A stretch of 17,785 bases of DNA from Selaginella moellendorffii (Eukaryota > Plantae > Lycopodiophyta): assembly GCF_000143415.4 (NCBI RefSeq), contig NW_003314519.1:1-17785 (forward strand), written 5' to 3'. Below are positions 1 to 10,124 of this stretch, piece by piece (positions within the stretch are counted from its first letter, which is position 1; each line of letters opens with the position of its first letter). The translations under genes were made by a program, and so were the position numbers. The notes below the pieces were generated by a model. That model had not been told where the DNA came from. It was given only the letters and a program-made list of their open reading frames with translations, and ran no database searches.

Positions 1-447
1 AGCTAATCAGCTCACTACCCTGGCCTGAATTACCCTAATGCCTGGGTAGATAAAGAAGATATATCTTAGCCCACATATCACTGTAGAGTTCAAATGGCCA
101 GTCCTGCATGTAGAGCTTCCGCATTGGAAACAATTTTCCAAAGATATTTGTCATCACAACGTCTGCTTTCCATTGAAAAAAAATGTCAGAGAGAAGAACA
201 TGATAATGCGTTGAGAGAAAAAAATACAAGAAACAACCTTGTGTTTCTTTCAGTTAGATTCACTGTTTGTTTCAGAGTTCAAGTAAAAAAGGTTACTCAC
301 AAAAAGAATAGCAGATTGTATAATTTATGATGTTGAAGTGTTTAGAGTACATCCACACTTCCATACTTCGCATTTATACATTTTTATAAGTACTTAAATT
401 TATTTTCTAATATAATACCTGCAGTAAAAAAAGTTATATGTGTATTA

Positions 448-615
448 ATACGAAATTATAATAGTGCATTAGCATTTGCATCAATAGGTGCAAACATTGA
501 AGAGGTTGCAGTAGGTGACCCTTATTATTTTAAAATACATGGACAAGTTTATCATAATATTGGTTTATTCACAGTTATATATTTTAGATACTGCTCAAGC
601 AACAGAAATAAGTAT
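448..615 (+). mobile_element. Helitron RepHel (Rep-helicase) N-terminal remnant
   Basis: 448-563 translates IRNYNSALAFASIGANIEEVAVGDPYYFKIHGQVYHNIG. After a frameshifting deletion, 566-615 translates YSQLYILDTAQATEIS. These are the conserved IR.YN..F.S.G / GPY.F.I.GQ.YH.IG / QLYI.D motifs of Helitron transposases. Degraded upstream sequence (~170-440, LYNL*C) may belong to the same ORF. Confidence 0.85.
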
Positions 616-1519
616 GGTAAATAAGTATTGAAATAATAAAATCAGTGATATGATTTGTGATTTTTTGAGAACATTTGCTTGTGCTTCATCAGCATTTCAC
701 TTGACAAGTTCTTGTCAACTCATCCATGATGTTTTGCATTTTATCTAACACTTATTTTGCTTTTACTTTTGATTGTTGCCTACTTGACGGTTTGTTTGCA
801 TGGTTGGTTGTGTAGAATTTATTGTCTTTATCCATCTTCCTCTTGCCACTTTTTATGCTTAGAAACTGAATACATACATAGGTAAAATTCATGTTTATAT
901 TAAGCATTAGTCCTTAATTCTTACCATCACATCTCACCATTGTGGAGTTATCATTCTCCATCTCTTCAAAAATTTGGAGAGGTATTTTTTGAATCAACCT
1001 AACTTCTTTTGAGCCATCCATCAAAACTCTTATTCAGTTTCTATATAATAGTTGTGCTAACAGTGCATATACACGTGACTTAGATAGAAAATAAAGAGAT
1101 AGTTTGAATTCAAGTCTCGGCATCCTACAACACAGAACTCATATGCTCACGCTTCACACACTTAAGCATATCCATCGCCACCTTTTGATCATCTCTCCAA
1201 GTCCTCGTGAACTTTACAGGCACTAAGCAGTCACTAAGAAGTGAATGACATTCTCTTGATGAACCTATCTGCATCTTGTATTAGTTTAGTTCTCTTGAGA
1301 AAGTCTGCCACAGTACGTGCTCGTGTGATAAGTCCACATTATCCACATTCTCATTATCATCAGGATCATACAAGAGTGGAAGTGCCTGGAAATTTAGAAG
1401 CAGAGAAAACATTGTTCAAGTTATTACTTTCTGATCATCCCCAGAGGAAATAAGTGAAGAGTTAGGCAGCACACTGAGTACAAGAGTCACCACATCTGTG
1501 ATCCATACGCCACAAATAG

Positions 1520-2200
1520 TTGAGAACCGTATGGAACTGTTTGCAGGACTTTCCCAGAGGCTCATTATGCGAAGCCAATGTTGTTGTTGTCCTTGTGTTC
1601 TCCACCACATCATGTGCAGGAAAGACAGAGACAAATAGGGATCATCATAACAAACTGCTCGAGGCTACCCCACCATGTGGAGATGATTCCAGTGGAGTGG
1701 TTCCATAAAGCTTCTCGATGTAGGCCCCAAGAACATGTTATATTGAAATCCCTAGCAATGGCACTACCACAGAGAATGCTACCGTCCCAACTCCATGCTC
1801 AAGCCCTGGAAGAATGCCTATCTTCCGGCCTGCTATGAGAGTTCTAAACAGCACGGGAGGGATTTTTTTTGGTGGGTTCCTCTTCGCAGTGAATGGATTC
1901 TCTTTAGTGAGTGTGCAGTTCCATGTGCTGATATCAGTAGCACTAAAGAGGAGGAAAATTCTGTATTGGGACAGCGAGCATAACTGCGAGTGTGCGCTCA
2001 TATTTACATGATTCTGAGTCTGCGCAAGCATGGAATTTAAGTAAGCTTTTGCGAAAGTGACCGTGAGTGATATGGTGTAAGCTTTGTATTGCTTACTTGT
2101 TGCTTAGTGCTTCAACAGGAATACCAGAGGAGAAGAGACATCTTGCGACAGGCCAACTATAGGCTCCGTGGTTCATGTGGAGGACACAGCCTGATTATGT
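1520..2200 (+). pseudogene. Possible spliced pseudogene remnant of unknown family
   Basis: Track ORFs 1520..1708 and 1814..2011 share a frame and are separated only by isolated stops. Candidate introns are GTGAGT...AAAG (~1907-1948) and GTGAGT...CAACAG (~2063-2118). Confidence 0.25.
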
Positions 2201-2733
2201 AGAGGAGCTGTTGATATAAATGTAGAGAAGCAAGGTGACTTTGAGCTTGAACTGAGCAATGGGCTTGTACTTGGCCTTCTCGACACATATGTTACTGTTA
2301 TGTGTGTTGGTCAGAGTGCTCACTTAGAGCAAAGAAGGAAAGACATTTGCTATTTTTTGTAGCCAGTCAAGGGTAGGAGACACCTTATATATAATGTAGT
2401 ATTACAACACAAATACAATTGAATCTGGCACCACTTCACTTAATTTGTCCTCAGACATGTGATGCTAATAGTAATTGGATTTGACAGCACCATGTCCCTG
2501 TAGAGAAACGCATGGTCATCATTACCACTTCTAGAGCTGCTGCTCTGGATCACTGCCACCACGTTGAAGCTCACCTTGCCATTCAGAGATGGCTCCAAAG
2601 TGATAGAGCAAACCAGGACCTCATCAATCTCTGCTGCTCGTGGGTGATGACAGACCCTGTAAGATCTTCATCCCTGTCCCTTGTGAGATCTTCGTCCCTG
2701 TCCCTCGCACTGCCCTTCTCACCTGGCTGCTAC

Positions 2734-2864
2734 GTACATGTGACTGATCCCAAACTGGTGGAGGATTCTCATGGCCTTGAGATCTTCTCACTGGTGATGG
2801 TACATGTGACTGATCTCAAACTAGAGAAAGCTCTCATGGCCTTGAGATCTTCTCACTGGTGATG
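2734..2864 (+). repeat. Tandem duplication, 66/65-bp units (plus 24-bp x2 at ~2658-2705)
   Basis: GTACATGTGACTGATC.CAAACT...CTCATGGCCTTGAGATCTTCTCACTGGTGATG at 2734-2799 and 2800-2864. Confidence 0.92.
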
Positions 2865-3491
2865 CTGCTGCTGCTACTGCTGTCATTCCGACTCCAAATC
2901 TCCTCTCTCTCTCCAGCCACTGCTGTCATAGATCAGATAGCGATATGTAGTGGTGCTTAAATTTTGTATCCTGGATCCACATGAGAATGACGTGATAGCA
3001 AAGAGCAAGACTTACCTGTAGCATTAAGTCGACTCTACCATTGGGACTTCTAGATAGCCTTTCTGTCACCATACTGCCGTAAAAAGCTGTGACAAAACCA
3101 TACCCCAACCGAAGAACTTCCTCTAGCTTTAATAGCAAAACTCACAAAGCACTATGTTTACCTGTATCCCAAGATATTCACTGACTTTCTCCAAAAAGAA
3201 TAGATATCAGAGGTTCCACTCTGTAATCAAGACGAAAGGATAAATGTAAACACTGCTAAGAGAGTATTCCATCATGTCCTCGCCAGTTTTTTTGCACTTG
3301 ACTGCCAACACTTCCTCAAGAGAACTTGTCATAAACTGAAGAGCACCATGTATGGCTGTCGCGTATGACTATCCATGTAGAGACTACAGGGTTTATAGCG
3401 CTGCAAAATAGAAATCCCTCTCAATGCTTTAAAAACGCAAAACTGAAGAACAAGGAAGCGAACCGTGGATGAAATTTTCTATTTTTTCTCT

Positions 3492-3683
3492 TGGTTCCAG
3501 CCTTGAGCACCTGGAACAAACAGGAACTTTAAGCCTCGAAAGAGAATAGCGAAGAGCAAGAGAGTGAAAAACCTTGATTCTAGTCGTGGTTCCAGCCTCG
3601 AGAACCTGGAACAAACAGGGACTTGAGAGACCCGAAAGAAGAATAGCGACAAGCAAGAGAGTGAAGAACCTTGATTCTAGTCG
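3492..3683 (+). repeat. Tandem duplication, ~96-bp units
   Basis: TGGTTCCAGCCT.GAG.ACCTGGAACAAACAGG...GCAAGAGAGTGAA.AACCTTGATTCTAGTCG at 3492-3586 and 3587-3683. Confidence 0.92.
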
Positions 3684-4527
3684 TCGATGACAACGTGAAT
3701 CCCCTCGTTGTCCGAGACGTCGTCCCTCTTGTAGCTCCATCCACCATAGCCTCTTCACCTTTCACTCCCAATCCTCGTCGCATTTCCGAGCAGAGCATGT
3801 CGATCTGCTGAATGCACCTGCGCAGGTGGATGCTGGTGGATTTGTTCCCCGCATAAGTCTGGAAGGTGTCGAGCCTGTTCTCGCTGATCATCGAGCACAA
3901 CTATGGCAACACAGAGAAAGCCGTGAGCCTCTCAAACCTTTGCAAATGGAGAAACAAACACAACCTCATTGTAATAGGCTGGAGCTTTCAGCCGCTTAGG
4001 ATCGTTATCCAGTGCCGTTCCCAGGACTTCTTCCGGAGCTGTCCAAAAATGAACGCGTTAGAGTTTTTTCTAGTGTCTAAATCTAAGGAACTCACTCAAA
4101 GGTGTTGGATAAGGAACAAATGTGGGTTGCGGCTTTTGGTAGGAGGTTTTGGTCCCTCGCCAGGGTCGATGCCACCGTTGCTGCAATTGGCTGGAATATC
4201 TTGGTCATCCTGGAACATCTCAAGTTAGAATCGCAGGGATGACGATAGGGGGGTCAAGACTCTTTTACCAGATGATATTCTGCGTTGAGTACTTTTTTCC
4301 ATAAGTGTGACTCGTTTCTTCACGAACTGGATAATTCTCCTGTTGAAGAACGCTTCAGCGTCAGTTAAATGATTGTCATTTTCTGGTGCATGAGCTTTTG
4401 AACCTGAGAATGAACCAACTGGTGACATCATGTACAGCTGACGATAGCCTTCTTAAGCAAAGCATTCCCTCCCAGTCGATGGAGTGGTTGCAAATCTAGA
4501 ATTGAAACAGTACCTCCCATATTGCCA

Positions 4528-4640
4528 NNNNNNNNNNNNNNNNNNNNNNNNNNNNNNNNNNNNNNNNNNNNNNNNNNNNNNNNNNNNNNNNNNNNNNNNN
4601 NNNNNNNNNNNNNNNNNNNNNNNNNNNNNNNNNNNNNNNN
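4528..4640. other. Assembly gap
   Basis: Run of N. Confidence 0.99.
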
Positions 4641-4686
4641 ATCTCGATTGAATATGTCGCCCTTACTCTTTTAAATATATGAGTAG

Positions 4687-4711
4687 TAGCAGAGACCCCA
4701 GCTCTGCTGGG
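4687..4711 (-). mobile_element. Second related hairpin, possible degenerate Helitron 3' terminus
   Basis: CCCAGC-TCT-GCTGGG at 4697-4711. On the minus strand it is followed by GTCTCTG-CTAC|T, one change from CTAG|T. Confidence 0.45.
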
Positions 4712-5353
4712 AGATATAGCATACCTAATATAAATAGATCTTCTTTTCTAATTTTATTGTATACAAGGTTAAATTTATCAAATGCATTATAATTTGTTAT
4801 CAGATAAATGATAAGAAAATTATCAGATAAATGATAAATGATAAATCATAGATGAATTATAATATAGTGACATAAAATTTACATTGTGAGTTTCCAAGGA
4901 AGAATGGTGGATTACATACAACCACAAAGAATGACTCACTAGAAGATACAAAAAAGTTTAAATAAAGGAAAAATGTTTTTAAATAAGAGTTTTTGCAATT
5001 GGTTAAAGGTCTTAGGATACTTAGGGTTAAGCATATTTAGGTTTGAGTAGTATTTATATATAAATTTTTTGTATTAATTTTCTAATTTTTTTTTTGGTAT
5101 TTTTAGATTTAAAATTATTTTGGTTTAGATTATAGCTTTAAATAAATCTAAATTATAAACTGAAAGTATCTATAAATTAGTTATATATTAATGTGCTACC
5201 AAATTTCAAATTATAATTCTGTTGTGAATATTCAAATGATAATAGAAATGATGAATAACATGCATTATTCCCCCTTTCAATTATATTCTAAGACACTTGC
5301 TAGAGAAGCTCTCATATCAAAAGCTTGATTTTAGAGTTTGATATGTTTTATCT

Positions 5354-6016
5354 CTGGGAGATATAGCATACCCAAGATAAATAAATCTTCTTTTTTTATT
5401 TTTACAATTTTAGAAATTTTGATTGTGTATAAAGTTATATTTATCTAAAATTTTCTGCTATTCATCTCTAAATAAATGCACAATAATGCAAATAGATAAT
5501 AATGCAAGTGTTGGGGAAGATAAGATCATTTTTTATCATCATTAAATTTGAATTTGATGTTTCATTTCCTTTATAAAAAGGTGCACAACCCTAAACACAC
5601 ATGCAGGATTTTTGCCATGCTTGAAAAGCACTTGAGTTTTTACAAAACCAAAAAATTATAGACTACCAAAACAAAATTAGCTTAGTTTGGAGAAATTATA
5701 ATTCTAATTGCATTCTGAGATAAATTCTTTTTCTCTGAACTATAATGATGCCTCTAAAATTCATATTTTACTAAAGAATAATAGAATTTCTATTATCTGT
5801 CTGGTTTTACATTTTAAAAATACATAAATAAATCTATCTAGCTTGCTACCATATTTATATTAAACCTCATAAGCCAACAGTGGAGAATAGTTTACAGTTT
5901 AGATTCTAAACCAAACTAATATTCTCTTTTATCTTCATCCAAATATAATAATTATATTAGAGATATAATGTTTGTATTAAGAAAAATCTGTATTAAAGCT
6001 TAATGATAAAACTATG
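5354..6016 (+). repeat. Dispersed direct repeat, copy B (~660 bp) of block at 9542-10124; short internally deleted copy A at ~4703-4795
   Basis: Shared anchors occur in order: CTGGGAGATATAGCATACCCAAGATAAATA, TAATAATGCAAGTGTTGGGGAAGATAA, CACAACCCTAAACACA, TTAGTTTGGAGAAATTATAA, TTTACTAAAGAATAATAGAATTTCT, CATCCAAATATAATAATTATATT, ATGATAAAACTATG. Confidence 0.9.
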
Positions 6017-6378
6017 AATTCATGTCTCATATATGACACGGTATCTAATATGGTAGAAATTATCTCATACACATAAAAATATCAAATCCATTTCTTAATA
6101 ATATCTAAAAAATTAGCAAAGTCTTTTATGTTTTTAATTAGTCTTCTTGCTCATAACCTTACTTGAATCTACCAGCAGCTTTACATGAGTTTTATCTTTT
6201 GCCTCAATATTGACACAATGATTTATTTTCTATTGTTAAACCATATGGTTTACATAAGTCTTTTGATCTTGCTCTAGATTTTTTCTGCATATTTATTATC
6301 TCAATTGCTATCAGAACATAAGGAAAATATCTTGTTAGTCCAAAATGGTAAATTAAGTATTTAAAAGATAAAAAGTTA

Positions 6379-7093
6379 ATGGTTTCTAAATAGAGAAAAA
6401 TTATATGTCACATTTATGAGAAAAATAAAACTCCTCTGGGAAATATAGAAATAATATTTTTAAAAAATATTTTTATTAGCTGTTTTATAAAATAAAAAGT
6501 ATTCATACACCAATAATATAGAACATGCTTTACCAATAAATCAAGAGTGTGTAAGACATTTTGTACCTTATAATATAAAAGATAACTACTATGGAATTTA
6601 AATGATGAAGAGATAAAATACTTGAGAAAGAAAAATTTAGAAGAAATTTTATACAAATAAGAAGTTAAAATGTTAAAAGGAGTGGTCTAAATGAAGTTCC
6701 CATGAGAAGAGATTCAGGTTAGAAATTTGTTGAACAACTCACAATTAAATATCTAGATTGTTAGGAATAAAGTTGAAAATAATAAACTACACTTTATGAA
6801 GATGATATTTAGGTAATACCATGCTAGAAGTTATGATTATGAAAGTTTATGGATGTGATGACTTTGAAAGCTTTAATAAACTTTAAAACTTGCAACAATT
6901 TTATTCAAGATTGTCTTTAGCAAATGGATTTTAATTTATATATAGCTAAAAATATAGAAAATTTCAGTTCAAAATATAATTAGAATTAATTTATTAAAAA
7001 CGCAATTATCTAAATGAGAACAAGATTATAAACAGATATCGATTATAAAAAAGATTAATATTTTTAATAAACTTAGATGTAGAGCTTAAATAA
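6379..7093 (+). pseudogene. Decayed intronless K/N/E/I-rich ORF relic, unknown family
   Basis: ATG at 6379, with readable runs IICHIYEKNKTPLGNIEIIF, NKKYSYTNNIEHALPINQECVRHFVP, LLWNLNDEEIKYLRKKNLEEILYK, GLNEVPMRRDSG and TCNNFIQDCL, separated by stops and frameshifts. The plus strand is purine-skewed. Confidence 0.35.
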
Positions 7094-7170
7094 TGGTATT
7101 ATTATATTTTTTATATGTTACTATATGTAATATAGTACAATAGCATTATCAGTGCTGGGAGAAATGATAA

Positions 7171-7200
7171 TTAGTGATTAAAGTCCCAGCTACGCTGGGA
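7171..7200 (-). mobile_element. Helitron-type 3' terminus (GC hairpin + CTRR|T)
   Basis: The minus strand reads TCCCAGC-GTA-GCTGGGA (perfect 7-bp stem, 7200-7184), then CTTTAATCA, then CTAA|T (7174-7170). This is the canonical spacing of a Helitron 3' end. Confidence 0.6.
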
Positions 7201-7215
7201 GTATTTTTTTTATTA

Positions 7216-7902
7216 CTAATGTCTTAATAATTTCAAAGAGTTGTAAATGTAATTATAATTTTTAATATAATCATAATAATAACATGCATATTTAAACATC
7301 ATATAATCTTTATATTAAAAATCCCATCTACAATTAACTCTATCACCAGCACACATCATAAGATAATAAGTATAACTCATAACATTATACCACATTTAAA
7401 ACTCTGATTGTTGACTGAAGTCCTAGATCTTCTATAAACGGAATAAATCACTATGGAACCCCATTGCCAGATGAGTCATTTAGAGATTGCCTGATTTTTA
7501 CTTTTATTTGAAATCTACATAATTGATAAACATATATTATTACTTGATTATTCATTCAACATTATAATTTTTCAACGTACTAAAGCAAGTGTTGATTAAG
7601 TACACTAAAATATAATGAAAGTAAAAAATATAGATTTACATAAAATAAATACATTTTATAAATTTAAAAATATAAACATTGTCATGGAGTTTAGCTTTAC
7701 ATCTTTTCAGACTAAAATTTCTTTAATTGCATGATACTAAGTAAAATTTATTACATTTATGTGCTTTAATTTATTTGAAGATCTTTAAATCTTTTAAATA
7801 TTTCTCTTCAATGTTCCATTTTTACCTAATATTTATATTCATGTATTTCGACAGTAATATGTAAATTTAGAACTATTCTATTATCTATATTATAAAAATT
7901 CA
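7216..7902 (-). pseudogene. Decayed intronless ORF relic(s), unknown family
   Basis: Readable runs MNFYNIDNRIVLNLHITVEIHEYKY (from ~7902), LCRFQIKVKIRQSLNDSSGNGVP, FIPFIEDLGLQSTIRVLNVV and MSYTYYLMMCAGDRVNCRWDF*YKDYMMFKYACYYYDYIKNYNYIYNSLKLLRH* (7380-7216). Confidence 0.33.
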
Positions 7903-7930
7903 TTTTTATATGTTTTATACAAATATTAAT

Positions 7931-8413
7931 ATGAATGTTAATCTGAATTAGGATTATTTTCTCTGCAGATTCATTTATTTATATTTAAAATTAAAGCTTT
8001 ATAACAATGTTATGAAGGCTGAAATTTTATAATGTAAATGTATGGTAGAGTTTCACTCTATAGTGGGCTGCAGTAGGGTTTGATATAATCCTTTCCTAAA
8101 TGCTAGAATTATAATATATCAAAAAATTCATGAATGATATATAGATAGGTTTAATATAACTAAGATTTAATTGATGATGAATCAAATTTCCTTGTATGGT
8201 CCAAGCACTAATGTTTTCTTGATCATGTTTATAAATTATTATGTTTTTCTTGTATAAATGCAATGTAAGAAAAAGTGGTAGAAACTTTATGATATTAAAT
8301 AGATCTTAGAATATATCTTAGCCATAATCACTCAATGTATTTAATTTAATTTATGTATTAATAAGTACCATTATATTAATGATAAAATTCAAATTATTAT
8401 ACAGAAGAAATAG
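7931..8413 (+). pseudogene. Decayed intronless ORF relic (~160 codons), paralogue 1, unknown family
   Basis: ATG at 7931 ... AAATAG at 8413, containing FIYLYLKLKLYNNVMKAEIL and LYDIK*ILEYILA. It aligns along its length with 8724-9217 and has multiple internal stops. Confidence 0.45.
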
Positions 8414-8723
8414 CTAGAACTATTAAGTCCTTTATTTTCAATTAAAATATAAGATATTGTTATATACACTATTTTTGTTATATTCTACTATAATATATTT
8501 TAAATTTTTTTAATTAAATGTTTTCAGAAAAGTATACATAATAAAATCTCTATAAGTACATAGCATGTTTCTTTTTATGTCTTTTTATATTTATATTGGA
8601 CATCCTCCCCATTCATAATATTTACATTTATACTTTTAAGAGTACTAATTAAAATTTAAAGTATTTTATTTTTTATCATAATCATTTTTTATGGATATAG
8701 TTTAATATAAATAAAATGCTAAT

Positions 8724-9217
8724 ATGAATTATGTTTGTTATCTCTGAAGTTTCATTTATTTTTATTTAATTTTATTGCATTATAACAATGTTATTGAGGC
8801 TAAATTGTTTCAATGAAAAGTAAGGTTATACTCTGATATTATGGTATTGATGATACATAATCATTTATTTCCTAAACCATAACATATCAGAAATTTAAGA
8901 ATGGTTCATAAATTGAATTGAATAATAGTAAAAGTTTAAGCGATGAGGAATCACATTTTTTAGACGGTTTCCATTTGTATTGTGTCTAATGTTGTCTCAA
9001 TCATATTTTTATTTGTACGTCATTATATTTTCTTTTCCATGTTTCAAAGCACAAATTATTGGTCTTAAATACAGTATTATAATTTTATGATTTTACAAAT
9101 ATCTTAGAGTATATCTGAGCTAACCAACAACTCCATGTGAATAGATTAATTGATAAATGTGTAATAATTATCATAAGATTATTCATAAAACTAAACCTAC
9201 TTTATAAGAGAAAATAG
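8724..9217 (+). pseudogene. Decayed intronless ORF relic, paralogue 2, unknown family
   Basis: ATG at 8724 ... AAATAG at 9217, containing FIYFYLILLHYNNVIEAKLFQ, SLSDEESHFL and FYDFTNILEYI*A. It is a diverged copy of 7931-8413. Confidence 0.45.
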
Positions 9218-9283
9218 CTGGAGGTTTGATTTAGCCTGGAGGAATAGAGTTACAATTTTAATTACAATTCCACCTGTTTTTTC

Positions 9284-9315
9284 AATTGAATTGAATTGAA
9301 TTGAATTGAATAGAA
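9284..9315 (+). repeat. (AATTG)n pentanucleotide microsatellite
   Basis: AATTG x5 followed by AATAGAA. Confidence 0.9.
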
Positions 9316-9541
9316 GTTATTTCCTATCATATTTCTATATATGATAGAAATATATTATTTTCTATTGTCACTGCTTTATTTACTTTTAAATTTAAAGCGT
9401 ATTTTCCATTGTGTCTACTATATACCATATTTGTGCAGAAAAATTATGTTTAAGTTTAATAATGTAGTATAAAATCAATCAAGTACTCTTTTTTTTATAA
9501 AGGTTTCATTCTATAGAACAAAGAGTATGCTGAAATATCTG

Positions 9542-10124
9542 CTGGGAGATATAGCATACCCAAGATAAATAGATCTTCTTTTCTAATTTTACAATATTAG
9601 AAATTCTGATTGCATACAAGGTTAAATTTATCTTAACTTTGCTACTACTCATCTCTAGAGAAATGGACAATAATGCAGTGAGATAATAATGCAAGTGTTG
9701 GGGAAGATAAAATCATTATTAAATTTGAATTTGAATTTTTTTTATTACCTTTATCAAAAGCTACACAACCCTAAACACATCTAGAAGATTGCTGCCATAC
9801 TTTAAAAGGAATTAAGTTTTCACAAAACCAAAGAATTATATACTACCATAAAATAAAAGGTTAGTTTGGAGAAATTATAATTTTTATTGCATAAACTTTT
9901 TTATCTGAATTGTGCCTCTAAGTTTCATAGTTTACTAAAGAATAATAGAATTTCTGTTATGTGTCTTTTCTTACATTTAAAAAAATACATAAGTAAATCT
10001 ATCTAGATATTCACACTACATTACAGGTGTTTGAAAGGAGGTACATCCAAATATAATAATTATATTGAAGATATAATAATTGTATTAGGACAAACCAGTA
10101 CTAATGCTTTATGATAAAACTATG
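9542..10124 (+). repeat. Dispersed direct repeat, copy C of block at 5354-6016
   Basis: Same ordered anchors as 5354-6016, with substitutions, indels and one non-matching interior patch (~10006-10045 versus ~5841-5935). Confidence 0.9.

Larger units (their letters stand above)
2600..4431 (-). pseudogene. Multi-exon pseudogene remnant(s) of unknown family
   Basis: Short GT-AG introns on the minus strand (donors near 3161 and 3015) join EWNL*YLFFLEKVSEYLGIQ | LEEVLRLGYGFVTAFYGSMVTERLSRSPNGRVDLMLQ | DTKFKHHYISLSDL*QQWLERERRFG...SPVRRSQGHE. Upstream exons are LEMFQDDQDIP...HLFLIQHL | LRKKSWERHWITILSG | LCSMISENRLDTFQTY. Several stops are TGA, consistent with CGA decay. Confidence 0.5.

Noticed and set aside
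701-718. Perfect 8-bp inverted repeat TTGACAAG-TT-CTTGTCAA (and imperfect CTACCC..GGGTAG at ~16-49)
   Set aside because: Isolated, with no associated terminus or second copy; compatible with chance.
5586-5597. Telomere/telo-box-like AACCCTAAA (also ~9768 and TTAGGGTT ~5021)
   Set aside because: These are single units inside the dispersed repeat, with no array and no adjacent host promoter.
5900-9217. Alternative genetic code (TAA/TAG = Gln, ciliate contamination) explaining stops in the AT island
   Set aside because: TGA stops and frameshifts are also frequent; mutational decay explains all of them.
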